A stretch of DNA of 64,000 bases from the NCBI GenBank assembly GCA_965227295.1, contig OZ245742.1, forward strand, positions 3,616,001 to 3,680,000, read 5' to 3'. Of this stretch, positions 9,669 to 20,751 are shown piece by piece. Every line of letters begins with the position of its first letter. The first letter of the stretch is position 1. Source of the DNA: Leptonemataceae bacterium (GTDB lineage Bacteria > Spirochaetota > Leptospiria > Leptospirales > Leptonemataceae). The translations under genes were made by a program, and so were the position numbers. The notes beneath the pieces are model-generated. The model had not been told where the DNA came from and searched no databases. It saw nothing but the letters and a program-made list of their open reading frames with translations.

Positions 9669-10964
9669 TTGTTCTCCGCCCTTCGTTCCACGTTCCGCAC
9701 GCCGTATCTTCTCCTGCCGCGCCTGAGCGGCGCGTCGGCAACTTTCGCCCGGCTTCCTGTAGCAGGGCGCATCGTTCTTGCGGCTTCACGGGACCAGACC
9801 GGGTTTGCTTTTGCCCCGGTGAATCCGGAAGACTTCCCCCGCCGTGTCGCCGAGGGCGAGCGCATTGCCGGGGATCCCGACGGCTTCCCGTTGCTGGCCC
9901 CATTGCCGGGCATCCTCGATTACGATCCGTCCATGGCGGTCTTTACGTTAAAGACCGAGGGCAGTGTGCGCTTCGGCCGCTCGGGTAATGCTGAGGCCAC
10001 CGGCGGACTGGCCGCCTCTCTTCGTGATATTCCCGATGCCGCCGAACTTCGCGGGGAGTTTCTGCGCCGGTTGTTGCAGGCCGGTGTACCGTCTCTGGAT
10101 TTTCGCGGACTCTCCCTCGCGACCCTGCTCGATCGTGTCCTGAGTTCCGCCGATGCCACCGTTCGCCCGTGCGTTGTCTTCGATCTCTCAGATCCGGAAG
10201 GAGGCATCGAGTACGAACGTCTCCCGGAATTTTCCAGGGACCGTCTGCAGACGGCGCAGGACCTGTTGCGCCGCATGTCCGCGAGCCCGGAACTGGACCT
10301 GGTCATCTTAGCCGGGAATCGTTCGGGGCCGCGCGAACGTGCGCGCAACCTGGCCGAGGTGCGGGCTGCCCGGGCGTGCGGGCGCCGTCTCGATCACAGT
10401 CGCCCTCTGGAAGGACAGGGCGTTGCCTATCTGGGGCCGGCAACGTTGTATGCTCTGTTCGAGTTTCTATTCTCCGGTCCGTCGGGTGAGGCGCTGCCCT
10501 TCGTGTCGCGCCCGCTGGCGGTGGTACGCGAGAGCGGCGCGACTCAGATCTACCCGCTCGTGAACGGCTACGATCTCGAAACGTATTTCCAGGAGCAGGG
10601 CGCTTCGGTGCACCATGTCATAGCTGGCGACTTCTTTCGTGAACCAGCGCGCAATGCGGCTGATCCTGCGCTGCGTTACTTCAACATCTTTCGCCGGGCG
10701 ACGCTGTATCTGCTGCGCAGCGATCCCGGTTCGCGCCAGGCCTTGAATCTTCCCTGCACGGGCTGCCTCGCCTGTGAACAGATATGTCCAGTGGACGCGC
10801 GTCCCCTGGCATTGATTCAGGCCGGACGCCGGGAGGAATTTCGTGCGGATCGCTGCCTCCAGTGCGGGCTGTGCACCTACGTATGCGAAGCGGGCATCGA
10901 TCTTTCTCATGCGATAGAGGAGCGGCGCGGGGAACTCAACTTGCGTTCCCGTCCCGTGTGGTAA
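9669..10964 (+). CDS. Divergent RnfC-like protein with C-terminal 2x[4Fe-4S] domain
   Basis: VAEGERIA...APLPG (RnfC N-terminal-like); CTGCLACEQICP and CLQCGLCTYVCE. Confidence 0.6.
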   Translation: MFSALRSTFRTPYLLLPRLSGASATFARLPVAGRIVLAASRDQTGFAFAPVNPEDFPRRVAEGERIAGDPDGFPLLAPLPGILDYDPSMAVFTLKTEGSVRFGRSGNAEATGGLAASLRDIPDAAELRGEFLRRLLQAGVPSLDFRGLSLATLLDRVLSSADATVRPCVVFDLSDPEGGIEYERLPEFSRDRLQTAQDLLRRMSASPELDLVILAGNRSGPRERARNLAEVRAARACGRRLDHSRPLEGQGVAYLGPATLYALFEFLFSGPSGEALPFVSRPLAVVRESGATQIYPLVNGYDLETYFQEQGASVHHVIAGDFFREPARNAADPALRYFNIFRRATLYLLRSDPGSRQALNLPCTGCLACEQICPVDARPLALIQAGRREEFRADRCLQCGLCTYVCEAGIDLSHAIEERRGELNLRSRPVW

Positions 10965-10973
10965 GGCTGGCTC

Positions 10974-11834
10974 ATGTCCCGGGCGCGCGGTGTCTATCTG
11001 TTCGAAACCGTTCTGGTGTATTTGCCCGCACCGCTGATGATTCTATTCTTCACGGTGGAACCCGTGGTGCCCGCACTGCCCTGGGCAGCGGGCGCCGCCG
11101 TGATCGTCATTGCCTGGCGCGTGCTGCTGTTTCAGCGGGCCTCGGCCGGAGATAACGCCGACCTGCACCGTACGCGGCTCATCGGCGAGGTGCTGGCTCC
11201 GCTGCTTCAGATTCTGTGGCTGCTGTTGCTTTTGCCGCCGGGGGCCGCGATGGTCTGGGCCGTGGTCGTCGTGGTTGTTTATTGCGTGGTGCCGCCTCTG
11301 CCGGACCCGCGCCGCCCCTATCTTTCCCCGGCCGGCCTGGTGCTGATCCTGTTGTGTGCGGTGTTGCTCGTCTGGCCGCAGCTTTTGCCCGCGAATTCGG
11401 TTCCGATCTCTGCCTGCCTCATCCCCGGAGTTACCGCGGACCCCGGGATGCCGTGCCTGCCGGTGGAAAGCGGAGCCGACTGGATGCTGCTTCAGGTAGT
11501 GCTGCTCGTGCTCTTCCGGCCGCGGCGTTACTTCCTGTCGCTGATCGTGTGGTTGTGCATCGGTCTCGTGCTCGCGCAGTTTCTACCGGCGACGGACCTG
11601 CCGGCACTGCTGGCGCTCACGGCCCTGCCGTTCTTTTTTCCTGGCCGTCCGTATCGCCTGCTTGCGCCGCGTCTGGTCTTTGCGCTCATTTGGGCTACCG
11701 GTACCGGCTTGCTGGCGTATCTTGTCGGTCCGGCGGGTGTGTTCGTTCACACGGCCTGGCTCATCGGGTTGCTGGCGGCCATGCTGGTTTCCGCTGGCTG
11801 TGAGTGGTTCCTGGCCGCGCGTCGGTTTTCCTGA
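10974..11834 (+). CDS. Polytopic membrane protein, possibly a degenerate RnfD-like subunit
   Basis: About 9 hydrophobic segments; YLSPAGLV resembles RnfD FNPAxxG; follows the RnfC-like gene. Confidence 0.5.
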   Translation: MSRARGVYLFETVLVYLPAPLMILFFTVEPVVPALPWAAGAAVIVIAWRVLLFQRASAGDNADLHRTRLIGEVLAPLLQILWLLLLLPPGAAMVWAVVVVVVYCVVPPLPDPRRPYLSPAGLVLILLCAVLLVWPQLLPANSVPISACLIPGVTADPGMPCLPVESGADWMLLQVVLLVLFRPRRYFLSLIVWLCIGLVLAQFLPATDLPALLALTALPFFFPGRPYRLLAPRLVFALIWATGTGLLAYLVGPAGVFVHTAWLIGLLAAMLVSAGCEWFLAARRFS

Positions 11835-11896
11835 TCGCTTTTTTTCGTCTTTTTCCTTCCGTCGGGTATGCGCCTTTCCTTTTATGGACAGAAGAC

Positions 11897-12358
11897 ATGC
11901 AGGTCCAGGAAGTCATCCCCGAAAATCGCTTGTACCATATTGAGCAGGAGTTCGACGATAAGATTCAGTTGATCGAGTACCTTTTCGATCGCTGCATCGA
12001 GGGAACTGTCCTCACCGAACATCGTGAAAGCATCTGGCAGACTCTGCTGGAGCGTGAACAATCCATGTCCACCGGCATCGGCGTGGGCGTCGCCATCCCG
12101 CACTGCTCCTCGGAGTATGTTCCCGACGTGTTCGGCGTTGCGGCCGTATTAAAAAACGGCGTGGACTTTCAGGCCGTGGACGATGTCCCCGTGCGCATCG
12201 TCGTACTGCTGCTCATGCCGAAAAAGAAATTTGAGAAGCACATCAAGGTGCTCGCTGCCGTGGCGAAGTTGTTTAACAACGAAAGCGTGCGGGCCGAGGT
12301 GCTCGCGGCCGAAAACGCCGGCGAGGCCTATCGCATTATGGCCGCCGCCGAATCATAA
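11897..12358 (+). CDS. PTS EIIA (Ntr/fructose-type) protein
   Basis: REQSMSTGIGVGVAIPH, GVDFQAVD, HIKVLA. Confidence 0.9.
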   Translation: MQVQEVIPENRLYHIEQEFDDKIQLIEYLFDRCIEGTVLTEHRESIWQTLLEREQSMSTGIGVGVAIPHCSSEYVPDVFGVAAVLKNGVDFQAVDDVPVRIVVLLLMPKKKFEKHIKVLAAVAKLFNNESVRAEVLAAENAGEAYRIMAAAES

Positions 12359-12391
12359 CAAAACGGCAGCCCGCCCGCGCCGGCTCTTCCC

Positions 12392-12982
12392 TTACGTCTC
12401 GACGGAATCGATGATGCCGTAGTCCAGGGCTTCCTGGGCGTTCAGGTAGTAGTCGCGATCGGTGTCCTGTTCGACCTGCTCCAGACTGCGTGACGTGGCT
12501 TCGGCGATGATGCGGTTCAACTCATCGCGGATTTTGCGGATCTCTTCCGCCTGGATCTTGATGTCTACCGCGGGGGCGATGATCTGCCCGGAGATCAACG
12601 GTTGGTGAATCATGATCCGCGCGTGGGCCCAGGCCTTGCGTTTGCCCTTCGCGCCGCCGACGAGGAGCAGGGCGCCCATGCTCGCGGCGAGACCCATGCA
12701 AACCGTGGAAACGTCCGAGCTGATCATCTGCATGGTGTCGTAGATGGCCATGCCCGAGGTGATGACGCCGCCGGGGCTGTTGATGTAGAAGGTGATGTCT
12801 TTGCCCGGATCCTGCGCTTCCAGATAGAGCAGGCGCTCGACGATGTAGCGAGCGGAGCGATCCTCAACGGCGCCCCAGAGATAGATCTTCCGCTGCTCAA
12901 GCAGGGTCTCTTCGATTTTTGATTGGATGGGATCGATGGCGGCCGCCGGCTGAGCGGCCTTGATTTCAGAGTACTGGTTCAT
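12392..12982 (-). CDS. clpP: ClpP protease proteolytic subunit with intact triad
   Basis: YINSPGG, AASMG (Ser), MIHQP (His), DTDRD (Asp). Confidence 0.96.
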   Translation of the reverse strand: MNQYSEIKAAQPAAAIDPIQSKIEETLLEQRKIYLWGAVEDRSARYIVERLLYLEAQDPGKDITFYINSPGGVITSGMAIYDTMQMISSDVSTVCMGLAASMGALLLVGGAKGKRKAWAHARIMIHQPLISGQIIAPAVDIKIQAEEIRKIRDELNRIIAEATSRSLEQVEQDTDRDYYLNAQEALDYGIIDSVET

Positions 12983-13051
12983 AGCTTTCCCGCTAAGAAA
13001 CCGACGATAGGCCTGTAAGTCAACTCAGGAATGCTCCGGAAGAACCGGGGG

Positions 13052-14820
<1,769 letters not shown>

Positions 14821-14917
14821 TTACTCCGGTCCAGTAGAAACTTTTTTGGAATTTTGATTGCCCAAGAGCGGCCTTTCTGATCTGAACATAAGTGCGCCGT
14901 TTCCCGGCGAGACTCTC

Positions 14918-15421
14918 ATGACGACCCACAGCGCCACCATCGACGAACTGAATACCGTCGAAACCAGTGTTGAGACCTGGCAGGATTTCATCGAAGCGAG
15001 CATGGCTTCCGAGTTCTACGGCATCGCCCTGCAACACACGAGCGATCTCGAACTCGCCGCGTCTCTCACGTTGCTCCGGAATTACCTTTCGATTTTTGCA
15101 TCCTCGGAACAGAAGAAGATCGAGTCCGACGTCGAGGAGTTCTACAAATACGCCGCGGGTTTCATCAGCGAGCTCTCGCCGTACCGCTACACGAAGGACG
15201 GCGAATACAACGAGGCCATCCGGGCCGCTTTCATCGGCAAGATCCGTACGCTCCTGAATGCACAGAAGGATGAACAGGGCCAGGTCATCGATCGTGCGCG
15301 TTACATTTTCATTCGCACGCTGGTAAAGTTCTGCTCGTCGCTGGATTACATCATCCAGGTGCACGACGAGTACAAGAAGTTTCTCTTCCGCGATCTACCC
15401 CAGATCCAGCACAAGTCCTGA
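14918..15421 (+). CDS. Hypothetical protein
   Basis: Long ORF with host-like codon usage; ATG 14918; no motif recognised. Confidence 0.75.
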   Translation: MTTHSATIDELNTVETSVETWQDFIEASMASEFYGIALQHTSDLELAASLTLLRNYLSIFASSEQKKIESDVEEFYKYAAGFISELSPYRYTKDGEYNEAIRAAFIGKIRTLLNAQKDEQGQVIDRARYIFIRTLVKFCSSLDYIIQVHDEYKKFLFRDLPQIQHKS

Positions 15422-15422
15422 T

Positions 15423-16463
15423 TCATATCACGCCGAAGGCCTTTAGCTGCCGGTAAATGATCTCGATCGACACCATCACGATCGAAGCGAGTGGAATCGC
15501 AATGACCATGCCGATAATGCCGAGGTACTGCTGCATCGTAATGACGGCCAGGATTGCAATGAGGGGATGGAGTTCCACCGAGCGCGCCAGAATGACCGGC
15601 TGAATGAAGACGTTGTCGACGGCCTGGCCGATGCCGATGACGATCAGCGTCGGCACGAGCAGGCTCGCACCGGGTTCCATGATCGCAACGACGATGGCCG
15701 GCACAGCACCGATGATCGGTCCGAGATACGGAATAATGTTCACCGTGGCGGCGAGCAGACCGATGACCGGCCAGTAGGGCAGGCCGATCAAAAAGAAACC
15801 CGTACAGAAGACCGTGGACAGGATGATCCACTGAATGACCAGGCCTTTCATGTAAGCGATGATGTTGCTGTAGATGGAGTTCACGAGCAGAATCACCATC
15901 TCGAAGTAACGGTTCGGGATCATGTACATGAGGCGGCGGAAGATTTCATGGCCCTGCCAGAGAAAGACGACGGTGATGATCGGCGTGACGATCAGATACG
16001 TAACAAAGTTGCCGAGAAACGACATGTCCTGGGGCATCATGCCGGTAATCATGGACTCGGCGCGGTCCACGAGTTTCGCGGCGTCGCCTTTGCCGCTGAG
16101 TCCCGGCAGAGAACCGCCGAAATCTTCCCGCAATCCGTTGATGGCGCCTATGGCCCGATCGCGCAGTATGTCCTGGCGATCGCTGAGGGATTGCAACTCA
16201 CCCAGGATCATCGGGGCGATCAGGTTCACCACAATCACAAGCAGGACGATCATCCCGATGAACACGAAAAAAACGGCGAAGAAACGCGGGATGCCGAGGC
16301 CTTCGAGAAAGTCCACCAGCGGGTTCAAGACGAGGCCGATCAAAAAAGCGATGGCGATGGGGACGGCGAGCGTGGTCACGCCCGCGATCATGAACAACAC
16401 GAAGGCCCCCAGCAGTCCGAAGAACAGCAGTTGAACCAGGAAGTTGGAGATATCGCCGCGCAT
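15423..16463 (-). CDS. AI-2E family transporter
   Basis: LNPLVD, NIIPYLGP, QAVDNVFIQP, VELHP, GIIGMVIAIP. Confidence 0.92.
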   Translation of the reverse strand: MRGDISNFLVQLLFFGLLGAFVLFMIAGVTTLAVPIAIAFLIGLVLNPLVDFLEGLGIPRFFAVFFVFIGMIVLLVIVVNLIAPMILGELQSLSDRQDILRDRAIGAINGLREDFGGSLPGLSGKGDAAKLVDRAESMITGMMPQDMSFLGNFVTYLIVTPIITVVFLWQGHEIFRRLMYMIPNRYFEMVILLVNSIYSNIIAYMKGLVIQWIILSTVFCTGFFLIGLPYWPVIGLLAATVNIIPYLGPIIGAVPAIVVAIMEPGASLLVPTLIVIGIGQAVDNVFIQPVILARSVELHPLIAILAVITMQQYLGIIGMVIAIPLASIVMVSIEIIYRQLKAFGVI

Positions 16464-16482
16464 AATACCTGTCGAAACGCAA

Positions 16483-17097
16483 TTAAACGTCGGGTTCGTC
16501 GAGGCCCACCTGTTGTTCGAGCGGTTGAACGGGCTGGATGTCCGGGCCGAATCCCCGTCGATCGAAGGCCGTTTCCGGCTCGATCATCGACAGGCGGTGT
16601 TGCATCTTCTCCAGTTCGGCGTTGGTATTGATGAGTCGCCGGGCCGTCAGGCGCGCCATGTTCATGACGATGACGGAACCCAGGCGGGGATTGCGCTGAT
16701 ACAGGCTCAGAAGATCCGGGCGAAAGAAACCCATGATCCGCGAGTAGCTCTGGGCCCGGGCCGAGGCCGTGCGCGGCAGGTCTTCCAGCAGCGCGAGTTC
16801 GCCCAGGAAATCGCCTTCACCGAGGATCGCGAACTGCCGGCGGTATTCGTCATTCTCCGTCCGGTAGATCTCGACCTTGCCCTCAAGGATGATGTACAGG
16901 CCCACCCCCGGCTCGCCCTGGCGAAAGATGTGTTCGTTTTCCTTGTAGTAGCGCAGGTGACACATACTGCGGATCATCCGCAGGCCGCGCGTGGGGATGT
17001 CCTGGAAGACCGGACAGGCAGCGAGGCGTTCGAGGATTTCTTCTTCCGGATCATTCTGGAAGATGCGCAGACTTTCCCACAGAGTGGATCGGGCCAT
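16483..17097 (-). CDS. Cyclic nucleotide-binding domain protein
   Basis: IFRQGEPG, LYIILEGKV, GDFLGELALL, PRTASA; no HTH seen. Confidence 0.88.
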   Translation of the reverse strand: MARSTLWESLRIFQNDPEEEILERLAACPVFQDIPTRGLRMIRSMCHLRYYKENEHIFRQGEPGVGLYIILEGKVEIYRTENDEYRRQFAILGEGDFLGELALLEDLPRTASARAQSYSRIMGFFRPDLLSLYQRNPRLGSVIVMNMARLTARRLINTNAELEKMQHRLSMIEPETAFDRRGFGPDIQPVQPLEQQVGLDEPDV

Positions 17098-17217
17098 ATC
17101 GTTTACAGTATCGACCGCGCGAATTGTCGGACACACCGGATAGAGGTTTGTTTTTTATGTGGACGAGTATTCGTCCGATAAAATAGGGGTTACGGGGCTG
17201 CTCCGGCTCCGGAATAC

Positions 17218-17289
17218 CGGGATGTAGCGCAGGGGTAGCGCATCTGCTTTGGGAGCAGAGGGTCGTTGGTTCGAATCCAATCATCCCGA
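17218..17289 (+). tRNA. tRNA-Pro(TGG)
   Basis: Acceptor CGGGATG/CATCCCG; anticodon stem TCTGC/GCAGA with loop TT-TGG-GA; GTTCGAATC. Confidence 0.95.
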
Positions 17290-17293
17290 CAGA

Positions 17294-17367
17294 GCGCCAG
17301 TAGCTCAGTTGGATAGAGCAGCTGCCTTCTAAGCAGCTGGTCGGGGGTTCGAATCCTCCCTGGCGCG
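17294..17367 (+). tRNA. tRNA-Arg(TCT)
   Basis: Acceptor GCGCCAG/CTGGCGC; GCTGC CT-TCT-AA GCAGC; GTTCGAATC. Confidence 0.96.
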
Positions 17368-17410
17368 CAGGCAGTCGCTTTGGGACTGCCGAACCAGAAC
17401 AGATAAACAC

Positions 17411-17483
17411 GGCGGGTGTAGCTCAGTGGTAGAGCGCCAGATTGTGGCTCTGGATGTCGGGGGTTCAATTCCCCTCACTCGCC
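17411..17483 (+). tRNA. tRNA-His(GTG)
   Basis: G-1 plus GCGGGTG/CACTCGC, C73; CCAGA TT-GTG-GC TCTGG. Confidence 0.96.
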
Positions 17484-17488
17484 CATCG

Positions 17489-17599
17489 TTTTTGCCCCTC
17501 CCTCCCGCGCAGCCCTGTGCGCGGCGCCCATCCATGGGCTTAGCGCCCAGGGGGGCGGACATCCTGTCCGCCAATCAGCGCAGAAGGGAGGGGCAAAAA
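17489..17599. repeat. Palindromic element: 15-bp terminal inverted repeat enclosing three hairpins
   Basis: TTTTTGCCCCTCCCT ... AGGGAGGGGCAAAAA; inner CGCGCA/TGCGCG, GCCCAT-C-CATGGGC, GGCGGACA-TCC-TGTCCGCC. Confidence 0.75.
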
Positions 17600-17633
17600 G
17601 CGAAGGCGTGGTTTCGTTCGGGACCGGCCTGGC

Positions 17634-18290
17634 TTATCTCGGCCCCGGGAAATAGAACGGCGATTCGAACGGATTGTACGAATACTCCTGATCCGTGTGG
17701 AACCGGAACTCCGGTACGCTCAGGTTTACGCCGGCCACGCTGATCCGCGGGCGCACCGATAGATTCTCCACGTCACCGATGGGAACTCCCAGGAGCCAGA
17801 TCTGGAACTCCGTGGCCGTCTCGATTTCTACATAGTCGGGCAACGATTCGAATTCGTTGACGCTGTAGTACTCCGCAATATCGACATGGCCCGTTCCGGC
17901 ATCGTAGTCATACTGTGTCAGACCGGTGGGAGACAGAGTCGTCGCCTCGTGGCGAAACTGGAAGCTGTCCTGCTCAATGCGCAACGGGGCGGCTCCCGGC
18001 GGGAATTCCAGGCGCCAATGCATGTATACATCCCGGCTCGCGACGAAGTTGTTGTCCGTTGGCCAGAGCGGCAGCAGGCACGGACCGATGAATGCCTTCT
18101 GCTGACCGGAAACGGCCCAATAGTGCAGCGTGATCGGACCGGCCGGGGAAGCCGCGACATAGCGGGCACACGGGACCTCGCAACCGCGGGAGTCGCGGTA
18201 TTGATACTCCGGCGCCAGGTAGTAGCGCGTGTCGATGGTCGAGCAGTGTACGATAAGCAGGGCAATCGGCAGTGTGACGATCCAACGCAT
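17634..18290 (-). CDS. Hypothetical lipoprotein
   Basis: MRWIVTLPIALLIVHC lipobox-like signal. Confidence 0.7.
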   Translation of the reverse strand: MRWIVTLPIALLIVHCSTIDTRYYLAPEYQYRDSRGCEVPCARYVAASPAGPITLHYWAVSGQQKAFIGPCLLPLWPTDNNFVASRDVYMHWRLEFPPGAAPLRIEQDSFQFRHEATTLSPTGLTQYDYDAGTGHVDIAEYYSVNEFESLPDYVEIETATEFQIWLLGVPIGDVENLSVRPRISVAGVNLSVPEFRFHTDQEYSYNPFESPFYFPGPR

Positions 18291-18389
18291 GGACGAATTT
18301 TACTTTACCGGGGCGGGGCCGGGAATTCCTTTTCTGTTTGACTACCGGATGGGGCTGAAAAACCTTGCTGTCTCTATCCGGTTCGTCAC

Positions 18390-18471
<82 letters not shown>

Positions 18472-18475
18472 CAAC

Positions 18476-18547
<72 letters not shown>

Positions 18548-18578
18548 CAGTAATCTCGTATCAAGAGAGAACGTTCCG

Positions 18579-18603
18579 AATACCCGCTGCGGCGGGTATT
18601 TTT
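18579..18603 (+). terminator. Intrinsic terminator after tRNA-Leu/Gly
   Basis: AATACCCGC-TGCG-GCGGGTATT followed by a T-run. Confidence 0.7.
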
Positions 18604-18643
18604 ATATCCTGCTGCTCTAAGACTCTGCCTGCGAATTGTGACC

Positions 18644-19972
18644 ATGGAATTTAAAATCAAGAAACTATCTGAAGTGACCGCCGAGGTTACGCTGAAGACC
18701 ACTGCCGAAGAGGTGGACGAGGCGTATCGCGCCGCGTACAAAAAAGCCCAGACGAAGATTAAGCTCCCCGGCTTCCGCAAGGGTCGCGTGCCCCTGGAAA
18801 TGGTTGAGAAACACCTGGGCGAGAGCGTGGCCGAGGACGCCGCCCGGGAACTCATCGCCGCGACTTTTGAGGATGTGGTCGAGGATCTGGATCCGGCACC
18901 CATCAGCCTGCCGCGCTTTGAGATCGAGTCTTTTGAGCGGGGCAAGGGTGCCGTCTTCAAGGGTACTTACGACACCATGCCGAAGGTCAAGCTCGGTAAG
19001 TACAAAAAACTGAAAGTTAGTGAAGATAAGGCGAAGATCGACGACGCCGTTCTGAAAGAAGAGCTGGAACGCCTGCGCAAAGAAAACGCCACCCTGCAAA
19101 CCAGGGAAGGCGGCGCGCAGAAAGACGACTACGCCACCGCCGAGATCGTGGTCCGGGACTCGGACGGTAAAGAAATGTTCTCGAACAAGGAGTTCCGCTT
19201 CCAGATCGGCGCCGGCCAGAGCCTGCCCGGTTTCGACGATCAGGTGGAAGGCATGGAGGTCGAGCAGGAGAAATCGTTCGAGCTGAACATCGACGAGACC
19301 TTCCCCGACGCCCAGTTCGCCGGGAAGACCGTCCAATGTATCGTGAAGCTCACCGACTGTCGCTTCGCCGACATGCCGGAACTCAACGACGAGTTTGCGA
19401 AAGACATGGGCGAGTACGATACGCTGGCTGATCTTGAGAAGGAACTCCGGGAGAAACTGGAAGAACAGGCCAAAACCGCGCTCAAACAAAAGGCAATGAA
19501 CGAACTGGTCCGCCAGGCCGTCGAAGGCGCGAAGGTTTCCGTGCCCGATTCCGTCGTGGAGAACGAGATGGGACAGCGCTTCGAGCATATCAAGCAGCGA
19601 ATCGGCCAGAAGGATCTGGACCTGGACGGTCTGGCGAAGGCCACCGGTCAGAGCCGGGAGGATCTGGAAAAGGAACTCCGGGAATCCGCGCAGCGCGGCG
19701 TCGAGGAGCGCCTGGTGCTCCGGGAAATCCTCGAAACCGAGGCCATCGAGGTCGCGGACGACGAGATCGAGCAGGAGATCCGCACCATGTACGGACAATT
19801 CCTGCAGGGCCCGCAGCTGGACCAATTCGTGGGCAATGAAAAGGTCCGGGACGACGTTCGGGGCCGGCTACTCTACGTCAAATGCCTGGAGTGGCTCTAC
19901 GACAACGCCGAGGTAAAAACCGGAAATGAGATTTCTTATAAGCAGCTCAAAGAAGAGGGCGCCCTTTCCTGA
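18644..19972 (+). CDS. tig: Trigger factor
   Basis: PGFRKGRVP signature; FKBP-like LPGFDDQVEGM; precedes clpP-clpX. Confidence 0.95.
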   Translation: MEFKIKKLSEVTAEVTLKTTAEEVDEAYRAAYKKAQTKIKLPGFRKGRVPLEMVEKHLGESVAEDAARELIAATFEDVVEDLDPAPISLPRFEIESFERGKGAVFKGTYDTMPKVKLGKYKKLKVSEDKAKIDDAVLKEELERLRKENATLQTREGGAQKDDYATAEIVVRDSDGKEMFSNKEFRFQIGAGQSLPGFDDQVEGMEVEQEKSFELNIDETFPDAQFAGKTVQCIVKLTDCRFADMPELNDEFAKDMGEYDTLADLEKELREKLEEQAKTALKQKAMNELVRQAVEGAKVSVPDSVVENEMGQRFEHIKQRIGQKDLDLDGLAKATGQSREDLEKELRESAQRGVEERLVLREILETEAIEVADDEIEQEIRTMYGQFLQGPQLDQFVGNEKVRDDVRGRLLYVKCLEWLYDNAEVKTGNEISYKQLKEEGALS

Positions 19973-20056
19973 ATTCGGCGCTATTCTTTGAGCTATACTT
20001 GACATAAGTCGAATTACTATTTTTCTGGTAAGGTATCCCCGGAGGATCTATACACT

Positions 20057-20647
20057 ATGGCGATCGTACCCACAATCTGGGAACAAACCGGCCGCGGCGA
20101 ACGCGGTTACGACATCTACTCCCGACTCTTAAAAGATCGGGTCATCTTTCTTGGTTATCCCATCGACGACACCTACGCGAACCTCATCATCGCGCAGATG
20201 CTCTTCCTCGATGCGGACGATCCGGAAAAGGATATCTATCTCTACATCAACTCTCCGGGCGGATATGTCAGCGACGGCCTGGCGATCTACGACACCATGC
20301 AGTACGTACGGGCCGACATTCGGACCGTCTGCATCGGCCAGGCGGCCAACATCTCCTCGTTGCTCCTGGCGGCCGGCGCACCGGGCAAACGTTCCGCGTT
20401 ACCCAACGCCCGTATCATGATGCACCAGCCCATCGGCGGCGTCCAGGGTCAGTCCCGGGACATTGAGATCCAGGCGAAGGAGATCCTGCACATCAAAGAG
20501 AAGCTCAACAGCATCTACGCGAAGCACACCGGGCGACCGCTGGAGCAGATCGAGAAGGATGTGGATCGGTTCTTTTACATTTCGTCGGATGACGCCAAAG
20601 AGTACGGACTCATCGATACGGTCATCGAGAGCGAAAAAGAGCGCTGA
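20057..20647 (+). CDS. clpP: ClpP paralogue lacking catalytic Ser and Asp (ClpR-like)
   Basis: [27 protein letters not shown] present; AANIS replaces AASMG and DVDRF replaces DTDRD. Confidence 0.93.
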   Translation: MAIVPTIWEQTGRGERGYDIYSRLLKDRVIFLGYPIDDTYANLIIAQMLFLDADDPEKDIYLYINSPGGYVSDGLAIYDTMQYVRADIRTVCIGQAANISSLLLAAGAPGKRSALPNARIMMHQPIGGVQGQSRDIEIQAKEILHIKEKLNSIYAKHTGRPLEQIEKDVDRFFYISSDDAKEYGLIDTVIESEKER

Positions 20648-20751
20648 AGACCGCTCAAACGGTCCCGGAGACAATGGATTTTGATTGAAACTCCGGGCAG
20701 GCCGGGGCTTCTTATCATCTCCGGGGGCCCGGACGGACGGCGGACAAGAAA

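Noticed and set aside
19994..20027. sigma70 promoter before clpP (TTGACA at 19999)
   Set aside because: No credible -10 at 16-18 nt spacing.
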